Positions 1 to 13,494 of a stretch of 64,000 nt of DNA are shown in pieces. The position numbers were made by a program, and so were the translations under genes. The stretch is from Eledone cirrhosa (Eukaryota), in contig OZ024742.1 in the NCBI GenBank assembly GCA_964016885.1, positions 286,130,001 through 286,194,000 on the forward strand. Reading direction: 5' to 3'. Numbering within the stretch: position 1 is the first letter of the stretch; every line of letters begins with the position of its first letter. Under the pieces are notes generated by a model. That model had not been told where the DNA came from. It saw only the letters and a program-made list of their open reading frames with translations, and did not search any database.

Positions 1-2110
1 TAGTTGTTACTAGTGTTGTTGTTGTTGTTGTTAATGTCTTTAGGTGTTACTAGTGTTGTTGTTGTTGTCTTTAGTTGTTACTAGTGTTGTTGTTGTTAAT
101 GTCTTTAGTTGTTACTAGTGTTGTTGTTGTTGTTGTTAATGTCTTTAGGTGTTACTAGTGTTGTTGTTGTTGTCTTTAGTTGTTACTAGTGTTGTTGTTG
201 TTAATGTCTTTAGGTGTTACTAGTGTTGTTGTTGTTGTCTTTAGTTGTTACTAGTGTTGTTGTTGTTAATGTCTTTAGGTGTTACTAGTGTTGTTGTTGT
301 TGTTGTTAATGTCTTTAGTTGTTACTAGTGTTGTTGTTGTTGTTAATGTCTTTAGTTGTTACTAGTGTTGTTGTTGTTGTTGTTAATGTCTTTAGGTGTT
401 ACTAGTGTTGTTGTTGTTAATGTCTTTAGTTGTTACTAGTGTTGTTGTTGTTGTTGTTAATGTCTTTAGGTGTTACTAGTGTTGTTGTTGTTGTTAATGT
501 CTTTAGGTGTTACTAGTGTTGTTGTTGTTAATGTCTTTAGTTGTTACTAGTGTTGTTGTTGTTGTTAATGTCTTTAGTTGTTACTACTGTTGTTGTTGTT
601 GTTAATGTCTTTAGTTGTTACTAGTGTTGTTGTTGTTGTTAATGTCTTTAGTTGTTACTAGCGTTGTTGTTGTTGTTAATGTCTTTAGGTGTTACTAGTG
701 TTGTTGTTGTTAATGTCTTTAGTTGTTACTAGTGTTGTTGTTGTTGTTGTTAATGTCTTTAGTTGTTACTAGTGTTGTTGTTGTTGTTATTGTTGTTAAT
801 GTCTTTAGTTGTTACTAGTGTTGTTGTTGTTGTTGTTGTTAATGTCTTTAGTTGTTACTAGTGTTGTTGTTGTTGTTTTTAATGTCTTTAGTTGTTACTA
901 GTGTTGTTGTTGTTGTTGTTTTTAATGTCTTTAGTTGTTACTAGTGTTGTTGTTGTTGTTGTTAATGTCTTTAGTTGTTACTAGTGTTGTTGTTGTTGTT
1001 GTTTTTAATGTCTTTAGTTGTTACTAGTGTTGTTGTTGTTGTTTTTAATGTCTTTAGTTGTTACTAGTGTTGTTGTTGTTGTTGTTTTTAATGTCTTTAG
1101 TTGTTACTAGTGTTGTTGTTGTTGTTGTTAATGTCTTTAGTTGTTACTAGTGTTGTTGTTGTTGTTAATGTCTTTAGTTGTTACTAGTGTTGTTGTTGTT
1201 GTTGTTGTTAATGTCTTTAGTTGTTACTAGTGTTGTTGTTGTTGTTGTTGTTAATGTCTTTAGTTGTTACTAGTGTTGTTGTTGTTGTTGTTAATGTCTT
1301 TAGTTGTTACTAGTGTTGTTATTGTTGTTGTTGTTGTTAATGTCTTTAGTTGTTACTAGTGTTGTTGTTGTTGTTAATGTCTTTAGTTGTTACTAGTGTT
1401 GTTGTTGTTAATGTCTTTAGTTGTTACTAGTGTTGTTGTTGTTAATGTCTTTAGTTGTTACTAGTGTTGTTGTTAATGTCTTTAGTTGTTATTAGTGTTG
1501 TTGTTGTTAATATCTTTAGTTGTTACTAGTGTTGTTGTTGTTAATGCCTTTAGTTGTTACTAGTGTTGTTGTTGTTGTTGTTAATGTCTTTAGTTGTTAT
1601 TAGTGTTGTTGTTGTTGTTAATGTCTTTAGTTGTTACTAGTGTTGTTGTTAATGTCTTTAGTTGTTACTAGTGTTGTTGTTGTTAATGTCTTTAGTCGTT
1701 ACTAGTGTTGTTGTTGTTAATGTCTTTAGTTGTTATTAGTGTTGTTGTTGTTGTTGTTAATGTCTTTAGTTGTTACTAGTGTTGTTGTTGTTGTTGTTAA
1801 TGTCTTTAGTTGTTATTAGTGTTGTTGTTGTTGTTAATGTCTTTAGTTGTTACTAGTGTTGTTGTTGTTAATGTCTTTAGTTGTTACTAGTGTTGTTGTT
1901 GTTAATGTCTTTAGTTGTTATTAGTGTTGTTGTTGTTGTTAATGTCTTTAGTTGTTACTAGTGTTGTTGTTGTTAATGTCTTTAGTTGTTATTAGTGTTG
2001 TTGTTGTTGTTGTTAATGTCTTTAGTTGTTACTAGTGTTGTTGTTGTTGTTGTTAATGTCTTTAGTTGTTATTAGTGTTGTTGTTGTTGTTAATGTCTTT
2101 AGTTGTTACT
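1..2110. repeat. Compound minisatellite: constant TAATGTCTTTAG(T/G)TGTTACTAGT anchor plus variable-length (GTT)n
   Basis: Unit visible throughout; only the GTT count and a few positions vary; truncated by window start. Confidence 0.95.
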
Positions 2111-2892
2111 ACTGTTGATGTTGTTGTTGGTGTTTCTATCATCATTGTTGTTGTTGTTGTTATTGTTAATGTTTCTATCATCACGGTTGTTGTTGTTGCT
2201 ATTGTTGTTGTTAAGTTTCTCTCATCACTGTTGTTGTTGTTGCTGTCAATGTTTCTATCGTCACTGTTGTTGTTGTTGTTGTGGTCAATGTTTCTATCGT
2301 CACTGTTGTTGTTATTGTTGTTGTCGTAGAGTTTCTGTCATCAATATAGCTGTTGTTGTTGTTGTTACCAACGTAGTTATTACTGTTGTTGTTGTCATTA
2401 CTGCTGCTGCTGTTGTTGTTGTTGTTTCTATCATTAATGCAGATATTGCTGTTGCTGTCATTGTTGTTGTTTCTATCATCAATGTAGTAATTATTGTTGT
2501 TGTTGTTGTTGTTGTTACTGTCATCAATGCAATTATTGCTGTCGTTATTGTTGTTGTTATTGCTGTTGTTATTGTTGTTGTTATTGTTGTTGTTTCTGTC
2601 ATCAATGTAGTTATTAATGTAGTTATTTGTATGATTGTAGTTGTTTTTATTATTGTAGTTATTATTGTTGTTGTTATTGTCGTAGTTATTACTGTTGTTG
2701 TTGTTGTCACTAATGTAGTTATTACTGTTATTGTTGTTGTTATTGTTGTTAATGTTTTCCCTTCTAGCCACCATTAATTAAACTCTTTATTAGTTCTGGC
2801 TTTTGTTGTCATATAAATCGGACTTAAAACTTCTTTTGTTCTGGCCTACGTCGTTAAGTCTCATTAGGATAAAGCGACCTGTAGCCGCATTC

Positions 2893-2956
<64 letters not shown>

Positions 2957-3090
2957 ATTGTAGTAGTAATAGTAGTAATGGTAGTGGTTGTAGTGGTTTT
3001 GAGGGTAGTAGTAGGGATAAAGGTAGTGTTGTTGATGGTGTTGCTAGTAGTAGTGCTGCTGGTGGTAGTGTTGGTGGTAGTAGTAGTTTT
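2111..3090. repeat. Degenerate (GTT)n/(ATT)n low-complexity tract followed by (AGT)n
   Basis: Direct inspection; ORFs here are homopolymeric translations. Confidence 0.9.
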
Positions 3091-3339
3091 CTGTGTTTGA
3101 TGTTGGGCCTCAAATCTGTTTAGCTCTGTCAAGCTGACCTATGCTCAAAGATGTCCTAGCTGCAACTACTAAGTCAGTTGGTAAACCAAGCGTCACAAAT
3201 CTCTCCCTCTATATTTTGCTCTGAGTAACATTTTGGTAACTATTTTTAGCAGTTTCGACGACCAAATAGACGTTTGCTTGTTTGTGAAATTGGGGAATTT
3301 ACAGGGTATTCACATTTTTTGTGCATGAGCCCGGGCCCC

Positions 3340-3605
3340 CCAAGGTCTAAGCTCAACTCTGAGTCTACTCAGCTGCATTATTAAAGCTTGGGTTCACTCA
3401 GGACTATGATTAAAAAGAACATTTGTCCATGATGATACACAGTGGGATCGACGCAAGTCCATCGCAGGGTTAAACCTCCAATTATTGCTGATACTCATTT
3501 TCAGTTAATTATACTGAATTATACGTGAAACACATAATCTAGTCCAGGAATCGAACCTCCGACATTATGGTCGTAAGTCCATCAGCCTTACCACTAGGTC
3601 ACGCG
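3340..3605 (-). mobile_element. Degenerate tRNA-derived SINE fragments
   Basis: GGAATCGAACC...ACCACTAGGTCA (3547-3601) is the reverse complement of an A-box/B-box tRNA head. Confidence 0.55.
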
Positions 3606-4398
3606 TTTATACCAGTAAAGGCGCTCAAATATTAGCTAAATGAGCATTCAATAGATATAAGTAGAGAGTAGAAATTATTTTTACAAGAAAAAAAACTAAC
3701 TGTAATTGAAAAGTCGATTACAGGCGAAACTTCGAACTCACTGTCAACATTCTACTCGTACAATAAATATTCACTGAATAGCTGCATTCTTCACTGACTA
3801 GTTACCTAATTATTCCAACTATCCGTTATTATTATTTCATTATATATGTGATATTTACATTTTATCTTAACTATCAGCCAAGCGACATACCTACTTCCAC
3901 ATCAACTTGCCAACACAGCTATCTACTCTATCAACACTCCTGTTTCCTTATACAGCTTCCACGTATGACATAGCTAATAGTCTAACTTACAATACCTGCC
4001 CAAAATTATATTTCTCTTTAGCACCAATACTTCTAGGATTGGTGAGGGAGGGAGGAAGGTATCTAATTAAAGACGTGACCAGAATACTTGCAACAAAGTA
4101 AACTCCGCTAAAAGCATCCATGTGCCATGTGGGAATGTTAAACCGTTAATATATCATAGGGTTAGCGTTAGGGTTACGGTTAGGGAGCCAGGTGGACCAC
4201 AGTTTGATCTGAGCTCAGAACGCAAAGATCAGGTACAAATAAACGTATTGTGAGAGGAGATTAGAGAGGCAAGTGTCCCCGAGCCAATACAACAGATGTA
4301 ACATGCTAGACCGTAGAATTTCGTAGATTTAATAGAAGTACACTGACTTCTTTTGAATGAGCGCTGATTGAATAGATACTCGTGACTGGAGACTTTTC

Positions 4399-4399
<1 letters not shown>

Positions 4400-4444
<45 letters not shown>

Positions 4445-4620
4445 TATTTTCTCAGACAACGTTGATAGTTATACTTCTCCACTTGTCCCTATCCAGCATG
4501 GCTTCCACGAGTTCATTCTTTCTAAGATTCATGTCTTTGCAAACCTTCTCTAGAAACGTGAGGTTGACCATTTGTTTTTCTAACATGTGTAGGTTCCCAT
4601 TGCAGTAACAGGTGTATCTC
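4400..4620 (-). mobile_element. RTE-clade LINE 3' remnant with (ATG)n tail
   Basis: Minus ORF ends TFLEKVCKDMNLRKNELVEAMLDRDKWRSI, typical of an RTE C-terminus, immediately followed by (ATG)n. Confidence 0.6.
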
Positions 4621-5153
4621 TTCACCATATATGGCCTCTGAGACTGAGTCTCATAGACCACATACTTTCTGTCAGGAGTAATGATCGCTAGATAGTATCA
4701 ATAATGGAAAGACCAATGGAAACATCGTTTCCTTGATCTACTCTGATGATCAGCTCCTGTCTTTTGCCAGAAGTTGCGACCAGCAGATAGTATCAACAAC
4801 GAAAACACCATTGGAAACAGTGCTCCTTGGACAAATTTGACGAGTTCCAGCCTCACTCGATTAGCGAATGAGGTTTGGGACCTTGGGACCTTGTATGCTC
4901 TATTTTGGTTATGGTGGTGGCGAGTAGCGCCTAAAGGATGTGTCTTGTACTACAGGCGGCGAATTGACAGAGATATTAGAACAAAGGACAAAATACCAAA
5001 TATCCTTCGAAGACTACGTTAAAGGATATAATGTAATTTCAGACCTCCTGTACATGGGAATATAACAGTATGTTGATAGGTGGAGTGTCTTCCATCACAG
5101 GTACACTTACTGGAAAACTACAAGATGTTAAGATAAAATATACTTAAAATAAA

Positions 5154-5195
<42 letters not shown>

Positions 5196-5274
5196 TCTTC
5201 TACTTCCTCCTTACCGTGATACTAATAGGACTTTGTGTTATGCATCTCTGTGTTTGTCTTGTCATTTCTTGAAC

Positions 5275-5318
<44 letters not shown>

Positions 5319-5542
5319 ACATATATTTACACAATTTATATATATAAAAATAAGCAACTTCACGTATAATATACTCACTCAGACACAGACACACACATAC
5401 AAACACAAACAAACAAACAAACACGTGTGTGTGTGTTAGTTCGTGCGTGGGTACGTGAATAGAAAGATGGATAGATAAATAGGTAGCTAACTAGCTATCT
5501 ATGTATATATACAGAGAGATAGATAGACGCACCTTAATAGAT

Positions 5543-5655
<113 letters not shown>

Positions 5656-5954
5656 TAAACACACCTTAATAGATAGGTATATATATATATATATAAAACT
5701 AGGTAGACACTTAAAGACATTTAAACACACCTGTGTATAGCTTAAGGCTTTGTTTTTTGAAAGATTGGATGTTTTTTATAGTAACATATCCTTTTGTGAC
5801 AATATATAATCTCGAACGTTCTCCCTCTCTCTCTCCCTCGCTCTCACACTTTGCTTCTTTCTCTCCCTTTCTCTATCTCTCTATCTATGTCACTCACTGA
5901 CACCTCTCCCCCTCTCTCTCTCTATCTATCTATCTATCTTTCTATCTATCTATC

Positions 5955-6108
5955 TTTTAATTTGCATTTGTGATAATATTTTACACGTTTTTATTGTATG
6001 TAAACTCCCCCCTTTGTAATTGTCCCCTTCTTTTGTGCCCCTGTGACTAATGAAGAAACATATCTATCTATCTATCTTGTGGCAAATAAAGAAATATATC
6101 TATCTATC
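5955..6108 (+). mobile_element. Two severely 5'-truncated Tx1-like LINE 3' stubs (about 105 bp and 20 bp) inside a (TATC)n tract
   Basis: GTATGTAAACTCCC...TGTCCCCTTCTTTTGTGCCC and GTGGCAAATAAAGAAA match the 3'UTRs at 38255-38317 and 43880-43947; TATC repeats on both sides of each. Confidence 0.85.
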
Positions 6109-6779
6109 TTTATATATATATATATAATTCAAGCATCATACATAGTCTATATATGTTGTGATACCTTAAATTAGTATATATATATCCGTCTCTTTCTCTC
6201 TCTCTTTCTCTCTATCGCGGCTTTATTAGCTAGCTTAAAAGACAGAGTAGGCACGCCAATCACATCTAACACAAGCAAAGCAGGCAAGAAAACAAAAAAA
6301 CAAAACCCCCCGCAAAAAAAACTTACAAATAAAAACAGCAACAACAAACAAAAACCCACAACAAAACAACGACGAAAAACAATACTAATAGTAATTGTTT
6401 TCCATTTACATTAATTATTAGATTAGTAAGATTGACATAAGGTCACAAATTGGTATGAGACGGATATCCTTGGATTAAACTCAGAACGTGTCAGACATTT
6501 TAATCTAGGTACTTTGTAGCGGTGAGAAGATGAAAGTCGCTGTGTTTTGTAAACTGACAAATTATAACAGGACGAGGATAAATAAAAATATAGACATAAA
6601 ATGAAAAAAATACACCAAGGATGCTTACCATGACGTTCATTATATATATAGTACTATTACAGGAGGCCGACGAGCTTGTAATAAGGGTCCATATTCAGCC
6701 GTAATAAAATGAATATATATATATATATATATATAAAAATATACATATATGTGTGTGTGTCTGTGTGTGTGTGTGTGTA

Positions 6780-6900
6780 TACCACAGCAGAGGTCCGACG
6801 AGCTTTTGACTCCAGAGTCGGGCCGTATTGATCAGCCGCGAAACGCGCGTCACGCCTAGATAAATGTAATGAATATTTAATATTTCGTCCTTTATAATAT
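6780..6900 (+). mobile_element. HHR-like PLE terminal fragment in CA/TA microsatellite
   Basis: CCGACGAG...GCGAAAC GCGC GTC, a degenerate CUGANGA core with palindromic stem III; shorter relative at 6650-6712. Confidence 0.55.
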
Positions 6901-6916
6901 TATATATATATATATA

Positions 6917-7454
<538 letters not shown>

Positions 7455-7524
7455 TGTTATACTTCGGGAGGGTCATGGTGCCAAATTCAAATTAAAATTA
7501 AAAACGAAGTATATATATATATAT

Positions 7525-7878
7525 TTCGTTTCTGAATTTGTTTAGCAAGATTCTTTATCTGAAAACGTGTGTTGAAACTGATATTGTTATGCTTTAGGAG
7601 GGTCATGTTGCCAATAAGAAACACACGCACCAGCTGCTTTCACTCCAATTTATTATAGATTAAATTTATAAATTTAAGAATTTATAAATTTCCGGTTGGT
7701 TGGTTGGTTCCATAACCGGACGGTTGTTCATATATTGTCAAAGTTCTTTCGTCACACATTCTGTGACCTCTTCAGTAATTGGGGATTCTTTTCTTTGCTT
7801 TGTGCCTCTCCTTTGTTCTGTCCTACGCCATCTTGTTTTTGTATGTGTTGTGTGCTTAGTTTGCGCATGTGTTACATC
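7525..7878 (-). mobile_element. Penelope pseudo-LTR (family A) with hammerhead
   Basis: Near-identical to 8974-9270 and to the reverse complement of 48745-49055; HHR at 7737-7779 on minus strand. Confidence 0.85.
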
Positions 7879-8899
7879 GAACTACGACGAGTCCACGCCA
7901 CGACTTTAGCTTTTAACAAACGCACGCAATTGCCGTCGCAGGTCGATGAACAAACAGAAGCACAATTTAGTATAGCTAGATCTAAACTTAGAAGTGTTAT
8001 AGAACAGTATAGCAAGAAGCATAATAGAATGGAGTCCCAGTAACTGGGAGAAAAATCTTTAAATGGCTTGCGTAAGCTCATGCAGCGCTCGCGTAATGGA
8101 GAGATTGCATGCTTTCCAACAGACAAGTCTGGCAGAATGTGGGTTGACAGTCTGTCAAACTACATCCAGGCAATGCAACCCCACATCACTAACACAAGAG
8201 AAGTAACACCACAAGAGCATGAAGATAGGGAGAAAACCCTCAATGCCCATATGATGATGTGGACAAACATAATGCAGCCCAATAAAAGGACTGCCAACAA
8301 CTTCCAGGCCTGGAACAATGACGTGCCAGCGTTGTATGGGCTTCGAAAAGACCATAAGACGAGCAGTGACCCTGTCGCAGGACCACCAACACCGCCAGTC
8401 TGTGGAGCTAACATTGCTAGTAACTACAGACTTTCATACTTCCTCTCCCTGATCATACGCCCCATCATTGAAATGTCCCCAGATATATGTGACAGCACGG
8501 TGGACCTCCTCAGCAGAATCAGCGAAAATAACCGATCTAGGGACCTAACAGACTGTATAATAGGTAGTATGGATGTTGTGTCCCTAGATCCATCCATTGA
8601 CGTGGATTTTGCTGTGAAGAAATGCGTAGAAATGATCAGTGAGAGCAATGTTGAATTCCGTGGGATTGATACCAGTGAGCTGGGACTCCTACTTAAACTT
8701 ATCTATAGTAATGATTATCTAGCTACATATGACCGTAGCAACCAATGCCCTACAAGACCAGCAAGAGGCAGACCACCTACCATTACCTCAATGGCCAAGA
8801 AAACCCACACAGATAGATGGAACGTGTGGACCAGAGCCATACGGACTCCCGAAAACCACGATGAACTAAAGAAAATGATTGCACATGCGGTGGGGCCAT
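7879..8899 (+). pseudogene. Penelope-like reverse transcriptase fragment (N-terminal half), ends at (TA)n
   Basis: ORF 8068 motifs FPTDKSGR, LYGLRKDHK, PVCGA, GSMDVVSLDPSI match PLE RT; no YxDD; ORF reads on into TA repeat. Confidence 0.85.
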
Positions 8900-8920
8900 A
8901 TATATATACATACATGTATG

Positions 8921-8973
<53 letters not shown>

Positions 8974-8979
<6 letters not shown>

Positions 8980-9300
8980 ATGATTTGGGAGGGTCATGTT
9001 GCCAATAAGAAACACACGCACCAGCTGCTTTCACTCCAATTTATTATAAATTAAATTTATAAATTTAAGAATTTATAAATTTCCGGTTGGTTGGTTGGTT
9101 CCATAACCGGACGATTGTTCATATATTGTCAAAGTTCTTTCGTCACACATTCTGTGACCTCTTCAGTGACTGGGGATTCTTTTCTTCGTTTTGTGCCTCT
9201 CCTTTCTTCTGTCCTACGCCATCTTGTTTTTGTGTGTGTTGTGTGCTGAGTTTACGCATGTGTTACATCCGAGTGTCTGTGTGTGTTTTTATTTATATAT
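8974..9300 (-). mobile_element. Penelope pseudo-LTR (family A), tail-less copy
   Basis: Direct repeat of 7583-7878. Confidence 0.85.
9128..9170 (-). ncRNA. Type I hammerhead ribozyme (family A)
   Basis: Minus strand GTCA CTGAAGA G GTCAC agaatgt GTGAC GAA AG aa CT T TGAC: stems I and II pair, minimal stem III. Confidence 0.8.
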
Positions 9301-9544
9301 AAATCATATATAAACATATATGCACATATATTTATGTGTGTCTGGGAGGATTGTTATCGACGTAGGGTCAATGTTCTCGGGGTCAGGATATTCTCAGTAA
9401 TATCAATAGTTATACTCATATATAAATAGTAACGCTATCACCAAAGTTGATGAGATGAAAAGAAACGGCTAAATCTGTAATAGGTTTGACGTCAAGGGTC
9501 AAATTCTCGCTTATATGACATATACCTACTCCACGAAATATATA

Positions 9545-9715
9545 ATTGTTTCTACTTTTGGCACAAGGCCACCAATTACCCCAGTGTATTACTGGTGCTT
9601 TATTTTATCGACCCCGTAAGGATGAAAGGCAAAGTTAACCTCGGCGGGATTTGAACTCAGACCGTAAAGGGACGTAACTTTGCTAGAAAGCATGGCGTCC
9701 AACCCTCTACCGATA
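9545..9715 (-). mobile_element. Abundant tRNA-derived SINE (octopus-type)
   Basis: ATCGACCCCGTAAGGATGAAAGGCAAAGTTAACCTCGGCGGGATTTGAACTCAG, recurring more than 10 times in the window. Confidence 0.85.
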
Positions 9716-9834
9716 CTATATATAATAACTAGAGTCAGCGGGATATTTTTGGCGACGAATTGGCAGAGTCATTAAATCATCGGATAGAATAATTCTTAGT
9801 GTTGGTTCCTCTTCTATTATATCAGAATTTAAGC

Positions 9835-10050
9835 GCGGCGAATTGGCAGTATCGGTAGAGCGTCGGACAACATGCTTTGAGGTATAGAGTTACGGCCTTT
9901 TACGTTCTGAGATCAAAACCCGCCGAGGTTAGCTTTGCCTTTCATCCTTACGGGGTTGATAAAATAAAGTACCAGTAACGTACTGGGGTCGATTTAATCG
10001 ACTTTCCCCTCTCCCCAAATTGCTGGCCTTGTGCCTATAGTAGAGACAAT
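9835..10050 (+). mobile_element. Near full-length tRNA-derived SINE
   Basis: A-box TGGCAGTATCGG, B-box-like GAGATCAAAACC, central GCCTTTCATCCTTACGGGGTTGATAAAATAAAGTACC, 3' end TGCTGGCCTTGTGCCTATAGTAGAGACAATT. Confidence 0.85.
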
Positions 10051-10394
10051 TATATCAGAATTAAAAATCCGTCAATGCCAACTTTGCTTTTGTCCTTTTG
10101 AGGTCGATTCATACAATGCCAGTCCAGTACAGTACTGACGTTGATTCTTCCTTTATATTTATTTCTTATTTCCCCTCTGCTACTGTCTCTTTCTCTAGAA
10201 GAAATTAGCTGTATTGAAATCTGGAGAAGGATGGGTCCCACCAGGTTTAGATACGCAAGACACGTCATATATCCCTACGACTACAACATTAAGAGTTAAG
10301 GGTCTCATGGACCCAAGTTACTTTTAATAACAATTGCTCAATAAATATTCATAAAATTACGAAATTTTGTTTGGGCTACGACAAAAGTTTACAT

Positions 10395-10425
10395 CAGTCA
10401 TGTCCAAACTACGGCCCGTTTGGCT
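10395..10425 (+). mobile_element. Possible hAT (Charlie-like) terminus
   Basis: CAGTCATGTCCAAACTACGGCCCG resembles hAT TIR/subterminal motifs; partner end not found. Confidence 0.35.
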
Positions 10426-10544
10426 TTTTGAATGGCACACCTGATTTCAAAATAGTGTCCACCAAACCTATGCAGATTAAGTTATGTCTTATAGGAGGCT
10501 TGTTGGGTGTGTTCACCAATCCTATCATGAAAAACAGCTTGAAA

Positions 10545-10648
10545 TGAAGTGTCTTACTCAAGAACACAATACCTCACTCGTCTATGAATCGAACCTACGA
10601 CCGTATGATCATGAGCCCAACACCCAACCTAACCACTAGGCCATGTCT
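10545..10648 (-). mobile_element. Second tRNA-derived (CORE-like) SINE fragment
   Basis: Reverse-complement tRNA head plus GTGTTCTTGAGTAAGACACTT; relatives at 11006-11105 (+) and 20930-21130 (+). Confidence 0.6.
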
Positions 10649-11005
10649 CTTTACTGTAATGGCTTATCTTATCGATCATGGATTGAGGAAATGCAAAGTC
10701 GATCTTTGTGGAATATGAAATCAGTATCTAAATGGTTGTAAATAAATAGCACAACGCATGTTTTTATATCGTGTACTCAGGTGGAAGAGCAGCGTCCATG
10801 TCCTTTCATTTTCGTACGGCCTCTGAGATTATAGGAGGGAATTAAGTATCCTTAAATCAAAGACTCAGTCGCAATTTTTTGCAACAGCGTGAACTCTGCT
10901 AAAAGCATGCAATGATCATGTGGTGTTAAAATGAGGGGCGAATTATGCCCACCATTCAATTAAGACAATGAGGGATTTGAACTCAGAAGAAAAACTGTGT
11001 GTGAA

Positions 11006-11105
11006 GGCGCATGGCTCAGTGGTTAGAACATTGGGCTTGTAATCAGAAGGGTGTAATATCGAATCTCGGACTGGTGATGCGTTGTGTCCATGAGTACAAC
11101 GCAGC
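11006..11105 (+). mobile_element. tRNA-derived SINE head (CORE-like family)
   Basis: GGCGCATGGCTCAGTGGTTAGAAC A-box; degenerate B-box; TGTGTCCATGAG. Confidence 0.6.
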
Positions 11106-11297
11106 ATTATATATATATAGACATACAGAAGGGCGTGTTCTTTTCCGCCTGCGGCATATCACAAAATGGATTTTCATCTCAGGATACCGTTCTCATAACA
11201 ACAAATGCATGAATTACATCTTCGATTGCATGAGAGAACCATTAAAATAATTATTATGAATAAACGATGTATCTAACATCAGCATCATTCTTAATGT

Positions 11298-11329
<32 letters not shown>

Positions 11330-12457
11330 AAAGTTAAACAAGGTTCAATGAATAAATCAAAGAATGAGTTTTACAATAGATTGGAAGCACTCAACAGACT
11401 GGTTTTCCAGAGTTATTAATATTAATTCAAAATATTAACAACATTTTTTATATTTATTTTGTAACTAGCCCTTATCCTTAGGACTCATGTAGTTTTGACT
11501 TATATATTTATAGTATATATAAACTAAATGATCCTTTTACAATAATTGATATAAAACATTAATTTTTAACAATATTTTTTTAACAATATTTTCAGTAACT
11601 TATTTACTATATTGTATTATTGTATTATGTTATGCATATTTGAAAGGTATCACCTTAAGTCTTTAGACAATATAATCCTTGTATATTTTTTGATTAATAC
11701 ATTAATATAATTTAAAATTTAGACTTCTTTAAGTTTAAGTATAAGGCCTGTTGATCCTTTAGGCACTCAAATTGTTAATAATAAATTCTTTAATAATTAT
11801 AACTATAATTATTTTATTTTATAAATTATATTATATAAACTGTTGTCAATATTATAAATAATTTTGATAAAGTTTACCTTCGTGAGTTTATAAAAACATT
11901 ATATTTTCTTTCTCCTTTAAATTTGATTTCATAAAATTTGAATTTTAGAAATTAAACTTGATAGTATACTATAATATTAATACAGATACCTATTAACTTT
12001 TAAAACCTAAAATATTATTCATTACTCTGAACTAACTTAAATTAAATATTTTGAATATTAACGGTCAACCAAATAAGTTTAGATATATATTGTATATATC
12101 GATAATTGTCTATAAACTTGAACATAAATTATTCCCCTTTCCTTTGTCTCTCTCTCTCTTTAATCATCTCTCCTTTGTCTTTCGAGGCACCTACTAACTA
12201 TATTATCCCATCAGCTGTTTCTTCCTCTATGCTTTCCTTTCTTTCCTCTTTCTTCAGTAATTTAAATTTTTTAACTGTTATATTGATGCCATGTATTTTT
12301 TTAAGCTATATTACACGCACCCTCTCTATTGTAGGTATTATATATTTTTCTCATGTTCTCAATATTAAGGTATAAATATTGAGTTTTGTCATATATTACT
12401 CACTACCATGACTGAATTTTAACCATCTACTATGTCAGGGTATGTCATGCATCATCT

Positions 12458-12524
12458 TATTTTATCTGATGAGGACGTACTATTGAACTTAACTCAGTAC
12501 CTCTGAAATATGTATAATAAAATA
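12458..12524 (+). ncRNA. Type I hammerhead ribozyme (family B)
   Basis: TATTTTAT CTGATGA GGACGTAC...GTACCTCT GAAA TATGTATA ATAAAATA; 8-bp stem I; relatives at 18090 and 19441. Confidence 0.75.
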
Positions 12525-12597
12525 TACTTGAGCACAAGAATATCTATTTTGTTAATATTTTGAATTAATATATATATATATATTATATATATATATA

Positions 12598-13494
12598 CAG
12601 GTGTTCGGGATAAATTTGACAGAATAATATTTGGTTGTTTTTTCAGATGTTTTAAATTCATTCATGCCCACTAGGCTTTATTTGAAAGTTTAAACCCTCC
12701 TTCATTCATATATGTGATGACAACGAGAATGAATGACTGGGAGTCACCTGAATCATGGAAGAGAATAACTTGTATCATGATGATTCGTGCCGGCCATCAA
12801 AATAAGGAGATTATGGTCGCTGCTCAATGCTCCCTGAACACTGTAAAAACAATCCGGCATGAACTGGAGAATTGCAATGGAGACTACGAGACTGTGGCTA
12901 GAAGAAAGAAACATAACAGAAGATCTGATTGCTCTCGCACAGCAGAATTGCTCGAAAATCTGCAGAAAAAAGTGTTGGAGGACCCTGGCATCGGAATTCG
13001 GTCTTTGTCGCGTGAATTGAAGCCCTGGATAACAAGGGTAGCCAATAATAGGCCGTATGTATGGCAGCTGGATTCGGCCCCCTGCCACACCTCGGGGAAA
13101 AGTCAAAAATGGTTGTCAGCCAATTTTTACGACTACACCAGTCCCAATGTTTGGCCTCCGAACTCCCCTGATCTTAACCCGATGGACTATTATGTATGGG
13201 GCGCTGTAGAGAAAGACACCAATCGCCGTGCCAGTACTACAAAAGCCCAGTTAATCGACAGAATTAAAGTAGTTTTTGAGGGCCTTCCCAGGGAAAGTGT
13301 AAAATCAGCTTGCTCTAGGTTCCGGGCCCGGATTGAGGCTGTAATAGACGCTAATGGAGGTTATTTTGAGTAAAACTCTTTGACAATAGTGTAATTTCCT
13401 TCTCCATTGAATTTCTTTTAAACCAAATAAATTTTGTAGATACCAAGCACTTTTTCTTTTTCCTGATGAAACTGTCAAATTAATCCCGAACACC

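Noticed and set aside
1-2110. CRISPR-like pattern of constant repeat plus variable spacer
   Set aside because: The spacers are only (GTT)n of differing length, the context is eukaryotic, and there are no cas genes.
2066-3132. Poly-V/N/T/S/L ORFs, and likewise the YI-repeat ORFs and those at 56736-57442 and 62582-64000
   Set aside because: Microsatellite translations with no domain, start context or splice support.
7583-9270. LTR retrotransposon
   Set aside because: No TG...CA termini, PBS, PPT or TSD; the RT is Penelope-type and the repeats are antisense pLTRs.
11330-12130. Highly decayed AT-rich PLE ORF on the minus strand (YRYIQYI resembling YRYIDD); similar hints at 33700-35150 and 50680-51180
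   Set aside because: Only isolated weak motif echoes among many stops; needs a translated HMM search before it can be called.
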